A stretch of DNA of 64,000 nucleotides from Octopus sinensis (lineage: Eukaryota), in the NCBI RefSeq assembly GCF_006345805.1, contig NC_043010.1, positions 24,676,001 through 24,740,000 of the forward strand, written 5' to 3'. A program made the position numbers and the translations under genes. Below, one piece after another: positions 1 to 12,155 of the stretch (position 1 is its first letter; every line of letters begins with the position of its first letter). The notes beneath the pieces were generated by a model, which did no database searches, was not told the origin of the DNA, and was given only the letters and a program-made list of their open reading frames with translations.

Positions 1-960
1 GATAACAGGAACACCTTGTTAAATGGAATTGTTATTATCTAATACAGAGTTGTTTCATTTTTTGCATCGGTTATAGCTTTAATACATCGAGAAATTGAGT
101 CGTAGAAGTTCTGAACGGTTTTTAAGGGAATTCGGAGCCATTCTTCACGTGAAACCTCCTTTACCTCTTTCTGCACCATAAATATATGATCATATTGAGA
201 TCCGGTGATTAGTGGATGGGGTGGGAGAACGATAAAAATCATCGACTTCAGTAACGATTTTGAATAATACTCGTCGTATGAATCGACACATTATCGTCCT
301 GGAAGATTGCGCTATCATCAGGGAACTATGCTTCTACCTTGAGATGAACATGATCAGACAAAATACACAGATGATATTTGGCGTTAGCTCTGCTGTATAG
401 AGCCAGGAGAATTCCGTGATATGGCTGCCCAAATTGTCACTGTATCACTTCCATGCTTCCCAGTTGAGGTCAGGAAATTAGGGTTGAAGGCTTCTATTCC
501 CTGTCTCCCGAATTAAGAAAAATTGGGAATGATGATTCATTAGAGATGATATTATTCCACTGAGTCATTGACTGTTTCTGATACTCTAGACACTATTTTT
601 TTTTTTCTGTTTCTTGCTGTTAATGTGGGAACAGGAGTTTTTTAGCAATTGCAGCCCTCCTGTATTGTCCAGCTTTAGGAAACTCTCGACACAAAGTTGG
701 AAATGTGAGGGATTAACTCTACTTTCACTTTTGCTACTTTCACTTTTTTTCTTGTTTTGTTCTTTTTATTTGTAAGCAAAATACGTTTCAGTCTTCTGCA
801 GCCCCTTTCAATGACCATCACCTTTCCGCTGAAAATTATCCTTGCAAGAGCTGGCTTTACCTTGGTTTTTGAATACCAACAAGATTTGAGAGAGTGTACT
901 TCTTGAAACATTAAACAATTCAGCGGTTTTAGTGTCTGAAGTGACAGAAATGCGCGCTCC
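1..960 (-). mobile_element. Degraded Tc1-family DNA transposon, most of the transposase
   Basis: Minus-strand pieces: HTH KIVGARISVTSDTKTAELFNVSRSTLS..GKASS, then IFQDDNVSIHT, then C-terminal EEWLRIPLKTVQNFYDSISRCIKAITDAK. Multiple stops and frameshifts. Confidence 0.8.
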
Positions 961-1521
961 GACAATTTTCCAATGCATAAGTAGATAAATGAACGATGGT
1001 GTTTCCACGCGCCCGCGTGTGTGCATGTGTGTGTCTGTGTCTGCGTATGTGTGTGTGTGTATATGTGCGTGTGAACGCGCGCGCGTATTTATGCTTGTCC
1101 AAACTCACCCAACCGCATGAGAACGATAAAGTTCGACAAAAGAATCCGATAGATACGTACCAGACTTATAAAGAAAAGTCCTGATTTTCCATTCCTTCGA
1201 GTAAACATTTCAAGGCAGTGATTCAGGACAGCTGCATTGCGATGGCTGGAGTAGAGGAGCAAAACGAGTGTGTATACATGAGTGTGAGTATGTGTGTGGG
1301 GTGTAAGTATGTATATATATACATAGATACATATACACACACACACACACAGATGTATGGTAAGAAGCTTGTTTCCCAACTACATGGTTCCGGGTTCAGT
1401 TACACTTCGTGACACCTTGGACAAGTGTTTTCTACTATAGCCTCAGGCCGACTAAAGCCTTGTGAGTGGATTTGGTAGACGGAAACTGTAAGAATCCTGT
1501 CGTATACATATATATATATAT

Positions 1522-1910
1522 AAAATTAAATAAGGGTAGAAATTGATATTAGTCAATTAAAACCAGTGGCCTAGCATATTTAAAAAAATCCGAAGATTAA
1601 AAATATTTTTTTACATACAAAATTTAAAGGACTGACCACTAAAAGTGGACAGTCTATATGCTAGATATAGACGTCAAAATCGCTATTTTTCTGAGATCAG
1701 AAATTTACTTTGCAGTTAATAAACTAGTGAAACTAATTAGTACATAGTAATCGTTTTTTATTTCGTATATTTTCATTTGTCTTTCATTTAGTTTTTTGCT
1801 GAGGTTTTTCTTGAGAACACATTCTTCGTGAAAAATAGCGATTTTGACGTCTATATCTAGCATATAGACTGTCCACTTTAAGTGGTCAGTCCTTTAAATT
1901 TTGTATGTAA
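1522..1910. mobile_element. Non-coding fold-back element between (TA)n tracts, probably a PLE 3'-end derivative
   Basis: 1611-1691 is the near-perfect reverse complement of 1830-1910. Both ends run into (TA)n. The motif TGGCCTAGCATATTTAAAAAA resembles TGGCCAGCATATTAAAAAA in the repeat at 51020. Confidence 0.55.
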
Positions 1911-2036
1911 TATATATATATATATATATATATATGCGTATGTATATTTATGTATGTATGTATGTATGTATGTATGTATGTATGTATGTATGTATTAGTG
2001 TGTCTGTGTTTGTCCTCCCATACTCGCTTGACAAAC

Positions 2037-2581
2037 GAAAATATCTGGGCTAGCTAAGTTTGGGCAACGTGAAGGCCATTCAAATTAGACCCCACACATT
2101 GTTCCAGCAAGATGGGGCAACTGCCCATACCACAAGAAAAACAATGCAGTTGCTATGGCAATGCTTTGGAGAGAGAATAATCTTCCGCTACAGCAATGTC
2201 AACTAGCCTTCACGTTCCCTAAACTTGACTAGCTTGGATTTTTCTTGTAGGGATACCTGAAAGAGAGGGTTTACGCCAACAACCTCGAGACCCTGGTGCA
2301 ACTGACGGAGAACATCAACAGAGAATTCAGAAGAGTGGGGTCTGAAACTCTTGAGGGTGTTATGGTGCAAATTTTGGAAAGAGTACGAGTGTACAAAGTC
2401 GAAAATGGTTGCCATTTCAGCGATGTCATTTTTCATATGTGATGTTGTGGTGTTACATAGTTTGACTTGTGCGTATAAATTTCCATTATGCCCTTTATAT
2501 TGTACCAAAATTTCATGCATTTATTTGTAGAATTAAGGAAGTTATTAAAAATTGAAAGACATCAGTGACTTTCGGATACCA
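2037..2581 (+). mobile_element. Tc1/mariner superfamily transposase C-terminal fragment with 3' end
   Basis: LFQQDGATAHTTRKTMQLL..SRSLNLTSLDFFL-GYLKERVYAN..ENGCHFSDVIF, matching the WPPRSPDLTPLDFFLWGYLK type. Confidence 0.75.
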
Positions 2582-2843
2582 TATAAATGTATGTATGTAT
2601 GTATGTATGTATGTATGTATGTATGTATGTATGTATGTATGTATGTATGTATGTATGTATGTGTCCGTACTTGCTTGTGTGTGTCCTCGTAACCTAGCTG
2701 TTCGTCAAAAGATCCCGACAGAATAAGCTCTAGACTTACAAAAAATAAGTCCTGGAGTCGATTTCTTCGGCTAAAACCCTTTACGGCGGTGCTCCAGCAT
2801 GGCTGCTGTCGAATGACTGAAACAAGTAAACCAATAAAACAAC

Positions 2844-2896
<53 letters not shown>

Positions 2897-3509
2897 TATT
2901 ATATAAAATCCGGTCTGTGTGTGTTCTTCTAGGTTCTCGGGCATCCTCCATCCGATTGCGCTCAAATTGATATGTAGAAACCGACAGATCGATAAAGCCG
3001 TGGGAACGTGCATTTATACGTGCAAGTACATCAGCTGTTGCGATCGATACTACGCGTACGCGAAAAATTCTCCCAGTCAACAGCCTTATCATTACTGGTG
3101 CTTTAAGCTCTTCGTTTGCATATTTGTGTGAATAAAATGGTTTTTTCTTTGGAATAGAAAAAAGTATATCATTACTTCTTCTTCTGCTGGTGTCTCAAAT
3201 TTAGGTTAAATCAGTGTTTCTCAAAGGGGAGGCCTATGGGACGGTCGGACAAGTTGTTTTGAGAAAATTTGGTTTAAATATTTGACAACTCAGCACCGTC
3301 CATTGGACGGGGGGCAGCGTTTTCCTCGTATACATATATATATTTGTTTTGCAAGATTTTTGATGTGAAATCGTGTGTTGAAACAGATATTGTTGTATTT
3401 AGGAATGGTCATTTTGCCAGTTTAGCCAATAAAAACACACGCACTATATATTTGGTGTTACTTTGCTTCAGTGTTATTTATTTTTTACATTAATCTTAAT
3501 CTTATTTCG

Positions 3510-3552
3510 GCCAGAGGTCTTTCGTCACACTCCTGTGACCTCATCAGTGGTC
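3510..3552 (-). ncRNA. Minimal type I hammerhead ribozyme-like motif (left arm)
   Basis: CCA-CTGATGA-G-GTCAC-AGGAGT-GTGAC-GAAA-GACC-TC-TGG. Stem I CCA/TGG, stem II GTCAC/GTGAC, one extra G after the core. Confidence 0.55.
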
Positions 3553-3785
3553 TTTTGCTTTCTTCTTTCTTATTTGAGCGTATCTCCTTACTAACAGTCA
3601 GCCATTTTGTAATTTGTATTCCTATTGTATGTGTCTTCATTTGTGCATCTGTATACCTCTATGTGTGTCTATGTTTAATATGTAGGGGGGAGTGCCTGTA
3701 ATATTTGTATCTCCTGTTTATATACGTTCGTGTTATTTGTTTTTGTTTTTATTTATTTTTATTTTGTTCATGTGTTTACACCTAC

Positions 3786-3841
<56 letters not shown>

Positions 3842-4387
3842 TTTAATGTATATAGTTATTTACTTCCATTTGATTATTTATCAGTGTATTTTAATATGTT
3901 TTTAGTTTTGTTTATATTGTTACCAGTTTATGGGGATCTTCTTCTGTCATATGCTGTGGTGTGTGCTGGTGTTCCATTCCAGTCACCAATTCAGGCTAGG
4001 TTTATCTTCTATTATGGGTGTAGCATCCGCAATTTGTCTGATTGCTGCGTCTGTTCTATGTGTGGACAAGATTTTAACTTCTATGTTGTTGACTGAGCCC
4101 CCGTGTTCCTGCTCGGCGTGTTGGTACAGAACCGATGAGCTCTTTTCTTCCTTAAGTTCACATGAACAAAATCAAAATAAACAAAAACAAAATCAAATTA
4201 CACGAACGTATATAAACAGGAGATACAAATATTACAGGCACTTCCCCCACACACCTACTAACTAAACATAAACACACATAGAGGTATACGCATGCGCAAA
4301 TGGAGTCGCATACAATAGGAATATAAATTACAAAATGGCTGACCGTTAGTAAGGAGAGACACACAAATAAGAAAAAAGAAAGCAAAA

Positions 4388-4430
4388 GACCACTGACGAG
4401 GTCATAGAAGTGTGACGAAAGACCTCTGGC
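4388..4430 (+). ncRNA. Minimal type I hammerhead ribozyme-like motif (right arm)
   Basis: CCA-CTGACGA-G-GTCA..TGAC-GAAA-GACC-TC-TGG. Inverted copy of 3510-3552. Confidence 0.5.
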
Positions 4431-4579
4431 CGAAATATGATTAAGATTAATGTAAAAAAACAAATAACGCTGAAGCAAAGTAACACCAAATATATAGTGC
4501 ATGTGTTTTTATTGGCTAAACTGGCAAAATGACCATTCCTAAATACAACTATATATATATTATATATATATATATACAC

Positions 4580-4716
<137 letters not shown>

Positions 4717-4744
4717 AATATAAGTATATGTGTATATATATATC

Positions 4745-5103
4745 ATTAGGCATGATAAAAAAATATTCAGACAACGTATCTCTAAAAGAAATGGAGAAAC
4801 TCTCAAAATACAAAGACCTGGAAATAGAGGTAACCAGAATGTGGAACCTAAAAACTATCATAGTAGGTGCATTAGGCATGATAAAAAAATATTCAGACAA
4901 ATACATAACAAAAACACCAGGACTTACAAACACATATAACATACAGAAAATTGCACTACTAGGCACTGCACACATCCTACGCAGAAACTTTCCATACAAT
5001 AACCATCAGAGCATCACAACAAATCACAGCACATACCCAAGGCACACAGAGCTGCGCTCGGTAGTGATGTGAAAGCACGTTATAAAAATAAAACTACTGA
5101 ATG

Positions 5104-5190
<87 letters not shown>
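4745..5190 (+). mobile_element. R4/Dong-like (REL-endonuclease) LINE 3' end with (TAA)n tail
   Basis: [53 protein letters not shown], then a 3' UTR and (TAA)n at ~5105-5190. Confidence 0.8.
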
Positions 5191-5191
<1 letters not shown>

Positions 5192-5404
5192 CAACAACAA
5201 TAACATGAGCAACAACAATAAAAACATTAAAATCTAAGACGACTTCCGACATTTTCTACAAAGCTCCGGAACTTACTACTAAAGGACATCATTCCTTCCA
5301 ATCTGGGCTTCCGCTTACGTTCTAAGAACAACGCCACCACGGCGCAAACACACACACAGATATATACACGCATATATAAACACACATACATGTGTGTGTA
5401 TATA

Positions 5405-5471
<67 letters not shown>

Positions 5472-5891
5472 CACATCTATATGGAAATATATCAATGTAT
5501 GTATATATGTATATACAAACATAGACATACATGCATACATTGAGGCATATATATATATATATATATATATGTACGTATGTATGTACACACGTACGTACGC
5601 ATTTATGATGTCACACCTCTTGTACGTGAAAGAGAGATACTGTCTTAATTTTGGGGTCACATGGTATCAGGTCAACAATGAGGTCACGACAGAATGTGGC
5701 GATGCTTGAATGGGATGATATGTTCTCGAGAATTTTTAGATCACCGTCAATAAAAAGGTCGGCGAGGGGAGGGGGAAGTGGAGGGAAACGGTGACGAAAA
5801 ATATGTGTTTATTATTCATTATACACACAGAGACACTTGCACGCTTACACATACATAAAAAATGCATATATAGATATGCATACATACATGC

Positions 5892-5955
<64 letters not shown>

Positions 5956-6039
5956 ATATAATATGTGTGTGTGCATAAAGCATAATATATATAATAAAAG
6001 AAGGAAAATGCACACATAGTTTTACATAGTTTCACATAG

Positions 6040-6235
6040 TATACATAGTTTTAATGTATTTTTTAATATATTTTATAAGTGAAAAAGTATTGTGCTTGTC
6101 GACCGGTTTCGCTTTAACTATTCATGACATTGAAATTATTGTAATTTCGTATTTTCTTACTATTTCACATATAAAATATATTTTAAATATATTAAAAACT
6201 ATGCAAACTTTGTGCATTTTCCTCCTTTTATTATT
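6040..6235 (-). mobile_element. PLE-like 3' fragment with decayed hammerhead
   Basis: Minus strand TGTC-[core truncated to ATGA]..GC-GAAA-CCGG-TC-GACA at 6095-6131. Palindromic ACCGGT stem III, stem I TGTC/GACA. Confidence 0.4.
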
Positions 6236-6239
6236 TTTT

Positions 6240-6337
<98 letters not shown>

Positions 6338-6399
6338 CATTACAACTCACCACGTGGGGATAATCGAATTCTCATCCTCCTTTTACTCATTAGGGGTTG

Positions 6400-8020
6400 G
6401 TCAGAAGTTTGAGCGCACGCAGCCCCTCGTGGTGAGGGATCACCGTGTAAAGCCTCTGGATGTCGAGAGTGAAGAGAAGTTTAGAGGGGTCAGGAGGGAA
6501 AGAGAAAGAGTTGAACAGACGAAGCGCGTGGTTGGTATCATGGATGTGAAAATGGACTCAGTCTCAACTCATGGTTCGCCACTTCATCCTACGTGGATAT
6601 TCCCTCACCACTATCCACACCGCCCTTGCTAGAGCACGTTCCGTGGATCGTGCATCTACTCTCTTCCCCAGAACACGCCCTGCAGTATCCCGCCTCCCTT
6701 TTCCCCTCACCTACCACCCTACCTCTCCAACGCACCATTCTCTAAGCTTTCTGGCATCTCCAGTCCGACCCCTCCACTTTACATATGCTAACCGACCCCT
6801 TCCTTCCTTCAAACGAATCCACAACCAACGAGACCTCTTGGTCCACAGCTTCTTCCCCAACCCAACCTCCCAACCGGGCTCGTTCCCTTGATCCTGCCCA
6901 CGCTGCCGCACTTGCCATTACCTCTCCAACACCACCCTCCTCACCGGCACCCATCATCGACCCTATCACATCACCGACTCCTTCACCTGCACTTCTACCA
7001 ATATCATCTACTGCATCTCCTGCTCTCTCTGCCATTCTCTGTACATCGGACAGTTGGGACGCCGCTTGGCTGACAGGTTCGCGGAACATCCGCCTCGGCA
7101 ATGACACCGCCTCGGCAATGACAACCCGGTCTCACGCCATTTCCGCTCTTCCGGTCACTCTTTGCATTGTTCGAATTGTCCTTGCACAGAGGACATCCAG
7201 ACTCCCGTTTGCGCCGTGAACAGGGATTAATCTTCTCTTTTCGCTCTTTTGCGCCACATGGGATCAACTCTCCTCCCCTCTTCATCTAACCTCTTCCCTT
7301 GCCTCTCCCCCCTCCTACTTCCTCCCACCCACCTCTCCTCTCTTGCTCCGACTTCTACTTCTCTTCACGCCTACTTCTCTTCACCCCTACTCTCTTTCTC
7401 TCTTCTCTCATACCCACCTTCACCTTCCCCTTCATCGTCAACCCTCCCCCATAAGCTCACCCCATCCCTACACATTCTTAACCCTCCTTCCCTATCCTTC
7501 CCATTGCACCCCTCCCATCCATTACACCCTCTCCCACATATCCCACCTCTACCCGAAACCTCAGCCTAACCCAAACCCCACCCGTGCTTTCCCCACTCTC
7601 GCCTTCCTCACCTCTCAACACCATCACACCACACTACACCATACCACACAACACATCACATCACAACACCACGCACACACCAGCAATGACCAATTCCCAT
7701 CCCCACATTTTCACACCTACACATACACATACGCGCACATCACCAGCCCTCTTTCAAACGCACATACGTACTCTCTTACACACATGCGCACCTTTGTTTT
7801 GGGATCACTACTACTTTGTTACCTCCCCTACTTCTTAGCTCTCCTGTGTGACCCTTCTGTCTGGCATTCGCCATGATAGATCGGTAACCACTACACACAT
7901 TTTATTCTCTCCTTGTTTCTTTCTGTGTTCCTTTCTGTGGAAGAGCGTAGGCTCGAAACGTTAAAGACTTTTTCAATTCCGAAGCATTATACTAATACAT
8001 CTGTCTGTTTTCTACACCAC
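6400..8020 (+). mobile_element. Penelope/Poseidon-type PLE, 5'-truncated with an inverted RT segment
   Basis: Plus strand: RT thumb (FILRGYSLTTIHTALARA..LPFPLTYHP), linker CPRCRTCHYL, and GIY-YIG FTCTSTNIIYCISCSLCHSLYIGQLGRRLADRFAEH. Minus strand 6563-6400: RT motif DTNHALRLFNSF..LLFTLDIQRLYTVIPHHEGLRAL. Pyrimidine-rich pLTR follows. Confidence 0.85.
7931..7966 (+). ncRNA. Variant minimal hammerhead-like motif in PLE pLTR
   Basis: CTTT-CTGTGGA-A-GAGC-GTAG-GCTC-GAAACGTT-AAAG. Stems present, but the core deviates from CUGANGA. Confidence 0.45.
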
Positions 8021-8149
8021 CTGGCTTCGTCTTTTGTTTTTTTGTTTGTTTTTTTTTGTCAATTCTCCATATATATATGTCTGATTATGCTAAACAGCGT
8101 AGGTGCGATTACACAGCCCTGCTTGCCCCTCTTAGTGACTGGGAATGCA

Positions 8150-9437
8150 TCGGAAGAATCTCCATTGACCATGCTGTCGTGAAACTGTTGCTTCATACTG
8201 ATGAACTTGTCCGAGCAGCCGAACTTTCTCATGATCTTCCAAAGATCAGATTCAGGACTGGTGGTAGACTCTTCAACCTGCGGAGGCTAAAGACCAAGAC
8301 CAAGTTGGAAGAGGACTCAGTATGCAACTTGCTATTTGCTGACGGCAGCGCACTCAATGCCGTCACGGACACCCGGATACAGCAGAGCATGATCTGTTTT
8401 CCCACTCCCTGTAACAAATTTGACCTAAGAAACAGTACTCAGAAGACAGAAGTCACACACCAGCCTGCCCCACAGAAACCGTATTTGAAACCAACTATCA
8501 TTGTCGAAGGAGAAACCCCGAGGGTTGTTAATTTCACGTACCTCGGCAGCTGTGAACGAATCGACTCCAGTAATTATTTCTTTAAAGCTTGGTACTTATT
8601 CTCTCTTCTATTTTTTCGAACCACTAGTTTTAAAGACGTTACATTACATTAGTTAGTCCCTCGTTGTCCATGATGACCAAAGACATCATGTGGGAGACGG
8701 GGGTGAACATTGACGATGAAGTCGACACTCACATCGCCAAGAGAAGCTCAGCAATCGGGTGTTTACGTGATTCAGCGAAGAAGAGGAAGGGCATTAGGCC
8801 GGCCACCAAGATGGAGGTATACCAAGCAGTGTACTGCCTACGCCACTGTACACCTGCAATACTTGGACGGTTTACGAACGCTACACCAAAAAAGATAAAC
8901 TGATTCCGCATGAACTGTCCAAGAAAGCGATTGAAAATCACCTAGCGAGACAAGGTCCCAGACACGAACTTCTCTCGAACTGATCAGCCAAATATTTACA
9001 CACTCCTGAGGAGAATGCAGATCAGGCGGGCAGGCCGCCTTGTCCGAATGCCTGACACACGATGCCCCAAGACACTGTTTTACAGCGAACTGGCAGAAGG
9101 CAAGTGCAGGCAAGGTAGACAAAAGAGCGCTTCAAGGACCCACTCGAAGCCTCTCAAAAGAGCTTTTAGATCAAGCCCTGGAGAAGCTGCGCCAACCGAA
9201 GTTCCACCTCCACGAACAGAACATGGTTGCAGGGGCATAAAGAAAACGCAAACTGTGCAAGTCGAGAGCCAATTCCTTGCCTTCAGTCCCAACAGACCAC
9301 AAGTGCCTGACCTGTGGAAGGGAATTCCGGGCACGCATCGGACTAATTAGCCTCAACCGGACACATCGTGCATCCCCGTCTCCCACATGATGTCCTTGGT
9401 CATCATGGACAATGACGGACTAACTAATGTAATGTAA
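8150..9437 (+). mobile_element. RTE/BovB-like LINE, 5'-truncated and degraded
   Basis: IRFRTGGRLFNLRRLKTKTK..LLFADGSAL..KTEVTHQPAP..FTYLGS..VNIDDEVDTHIAK..KMEVYQAV..RAGRLVRMPDTRCPKTLFYSELAEGK, followed by a short-repeat tail. Confidence 0.85.
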
Positions 9438-10451
9438 CGTTTTCATAACTTAGCGGTTTAAAGGAAAGGAGAAGAGAGAATAAGTACCAAGCTTTAAAAA
9501 AATAAGTTCTGTAGTCGATTCGTTCGACTAAAATTTGGCTACTATTTCTAGCAAATGCAGTTACCATGTAGAGGCACCCTCTCCAGCATGTATTTCAAAT
9601 TATATTTTAGCGCCGAGGGCACTACTGTAAGGCACCTTTGTCTTGCTGCTGTAGTTTTCGGAGTTGTAGCCATTTTTGTAATTGTTGCTTTATAATTGCT
9701 TTGTGTGTTAATAGAAACTAAGGATTAATTTATTTTCTTTTTCTAAAGAAGTAAATCTGATGATTGTGGGTTACCGCGTGCGTAGCATCTGAGCCACCTG
9801 TCATCTATCTCAACACTTGAGCTTCATTCATAAAGTGAATCCGATCGAGAAATCTTCTGCAGCGTCCTAGATGTAACAAGCATTTGTTAAGTCTATCTAG
9901 AACTAGATTTACTGACCTTCCCATGCCTTCTACCCGACCAAAATAATCTGCGCCCATGTCAGGTAATACCTCCTTTTAGGTCTCTGATCACTCACTATCC
10001 TATGCATAATAATAAAGAATGGAGATTGGTACCAAGTTTCCCTTGTGGCAGGCTTGATAATTGTTAAGAGATTTCTTCAAACACGAAAAGATTCGTAGCC
10101 TTGTTAACCCACAAAATGACCTGTATTTCCCTCATTTTTTTAACCATCCATCATACTCCTTGCGCATTCTTTTAAGACTGCACTGTAATCGATGATACCA
10201 ACTCACTTTTGATTTTGAATGCATTGCAACTACATTTGTCATTTCTTTTATGGTTTTGCTTGTTTTCGATTGCAGCAGAGCGCAGCATTAGGCAAATACA
10301 AAGAAGGTTTTATATTTTAGGCCGCAAAGATCCGTATTGACAAGAAAGCTCTTTGTGAAAAAAGAAAAAAAAAAGGCCTGTTGGAAAAGGAAAAGGAAAT
10401 AACTTTTTTATTGTTGTTCTTGTTGTTGCTAGTTACTTTCCTGTTGCTTAC

Positions 10452-10700
10452 CGTCTCAGTGCTGGGACGAAAACATTGCGTCTGATAGTGGCGGTGTCGT
10501 TGTTGGCAGCGGTGTGGGCAATGGAAGTAGGCCGCCTGCACATTGGTGTTACTATTATCGTTGTTGTTGATGGTAAAGATTGTACTGTGCGTTTTGCTCT
10601 TGGTGAGAATGATGTTGTTGTCGTTAGTGGTGGTGCTGCTGCTGCTAGTGCTGGAGGTAGCTGCGACTTAGTGGTGGGGAAATGATTTTGTTGTTTGCTT
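10452..10700 (-). other. Possible host exon (weak)
   Basis: Non-TE-like low-complexity segment downstream (minus strand) of a (GAA)n tract. Ends in GAGACG|GTAAGC, a donor-like site. ATG at 10543 gives MCRRPTSIAHTAANNDTATIRRNVFVPALR. No recognisable homology. Confidence 0.2.
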
Positions 10701-10787
10701 TATTTCGATCAAACCCGTTATTGTGGTATGAGAGAGTTTTGCTGTCTATGACCACCCCACACCGACTCTCTTTTCTCTCTCTCCTGG

Positions 10788-10900
10788 TTCTTCTTCTTCT
10801 TCTTCTTCTTCTTCTTCTTCTTCTTCTTCTTCTTCTTCTTCTTCTTCTTCTTCTTCTTCTTCTTCTTCTTCTTCTTCTTCTTCTTCTTCTTCTTCTTCTC
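10788..10900. repeat. (TTC)n microsatellite
   Basis: Direct inspection; source of the poly-R, poly-E and poly-L ORFs. Confidence 0.95.
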
Positions 10901-11125
10901 CTCCTTCTCTTCCTTCTTCGTTCGCTGTTCTCGATAAACATTTATGTGTCACAGAAAACCTTTTTTTAAATAGGAATTTTTAAAAATTTCCAAAATGGAA
11001 TTGAGAAGAGAGACCCAGTTCTGTGTTCACAACCAGTTCCGAAAATTGAAGAGTAAACTGCTAAAGTGCATAGCGAGGGTGAAGTAAATCCTTTTTCCCA
11101 GGCAAAATTTATTCTCCGTGTAACA

Positions 11126-11805
11126 CAGTGGTTCTCAACCAGAGCCCATACGGCCACCGACGGTGAGGGCGGGGGGGTCCATTTAAAATTTAATTGTTAA
11201 AATCTAATTGGTTATATTTCTAAAATACACAGAAAATTTTAATAATTAATGTTTAGACATTTATTCCTTTATTCTTTTATCCTTTTACTTGTTTCAGTCA
11301 TTTGACTGTGGCCATGCTGGAGCACCGCCTTTAGTCGAACAAACCGACCCCAGAACTTATTCTTTGAAAACCTAGTACTTATTCTATTGGTATTTTTTGC
11401 TGAATCGCTAAGTTACGGGGACGTAAACACACCAGGATCGATTGTCAAGGTAAAGGGGGTGGATAAACACAACACAGACACTTATATTTACATATATATA
11501 TATATATATATATATACGTCGGGCTCTTTCAGTTTCCGTCTACCAAATCTATTCACAAGGCTTTGGTCAGCCTGTGGCTATAGTAGAAGACACTTGCCCA
11601 AGGTGCCACAAAGTGGGACTGAACCGGAACTATGTTTTTGGGAAGCAAGCTTCTTACCACACAGCCACTCCTGCACCTAAATCTCCTAATTATATTTTAT
11701 TATAAAAATATAATAGGATTTTTTAAAGGACATTTATTCTGGAAGGGAGTGGGGAGCAATAGAGTAAAACGTGGGTTAAAGGGCCATTATGGTTGAGAAC
11801 CAATG
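11126..11805. mobile_element. hAT-type MITE with a SINE inserted inside
   Basis: TIRs CAGTGGTTCTCAACC / GGTTGAGAACCAATG. Flanking 8-mers GTGTAACA and ATGGAATA match at 5 of 8 positions. Confidence 0.6.
11275..11678 (-). mobile_element. SINE family A, near complete
   Basis: Head with A/B-box-like motifs, CORE-like CACCTTGGGCAAGTGTCTT, internal (TA)n, tail GGCGGTGCTCCAGCATGGCCACAGTCAAATGACTGAAAC. Confidence 0.9.
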
Positions 11806-12019
11806 ATGGAATACAAGAAAATGTTGATCCCTTGATTAATTGTTCCATCAGACAATCGATCAAGCAGTGTATTACAGTCCTTGCATCGCCATTCTTTATC
11901 AATGTAATTCCATCGTTAATCCAGGTCTATCCATCCCAAATAGCTGACTGATTGATTAACCACATAATCAATTAACTAATCGGTTAATTGGTTAAGAAGT
12001 AAGAATCCTTTCTGCTATA

Positions 12020-12155
12020 GATACTTAATTTATCGACCCCGAAAGGATGAAAGGCAAAGTCGACCTCGGCGGAATTTGAGCTCAGAACGTAGCGGCAGAA
12101 GAAATACCGCTAAGCATTTCGCCCGGCGTGCTAACGATTCTGCCAGCTCGCCGTC
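12020..12155 (-). mobile_element. SINE family B
   Basis: GGCGAGCTGGCAGAA..GAGCTCAAATTCCGCC head followed by GAGGTCGACTTTGCCTTTCATCCTTTCGGGGTCGATAAA. Confidence 0.85.

Larger units (their letters stand above)
1352..2830 (+). mobile_element. tRNA-derived SINE family A, split by nested insertions
   Basis: Head (GGTTCCGGGTTCAGT..CACCTTGGACAAGTG..GGATTTGGTAGACGGAAAC) at ~1352-1505, middle piece ~1997-2036, tail (GGCGGTGCTCCAGCATGGC..GACTGAAACAAGTAAA) ~2660-2830. Interrupted by a fold-back element, a mariner fragment and microsatellites. Confidence 0.7.
3345..4549 (-). mobile_element. 5'-truncated Penelope-like element with inverted 5' copy of its 3' UTR
   Basis: Minus strand 4150-3960 reads SSVLYQHAEQEHGGSVNNIEVKILSTHRTDAAIRQIADATPIIEDKPSLN..EWN, resembling a GIY-YIG C-terminus. 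3392-3774 and 4159-4549 are inverted repeats. Both ends lie in (TA)n. Confidence 0.7.

Noticed and set aside
3955-3975. In-frame TGA in a PLE endonuclease as selenocysteine recoding
   Set aside because: It is not at a cysteine-like position, the copy is decayed, and no SECIS was recognised. An ordinary nonsense mutation is more likely.
10476-10685. Plus-strand 69-aa ORF with a signal-peptide-like start
   Set aside because: It has a non-ATG start, and its hydrophobicity derives from GTT/GCT-rich low-complexity sequence.
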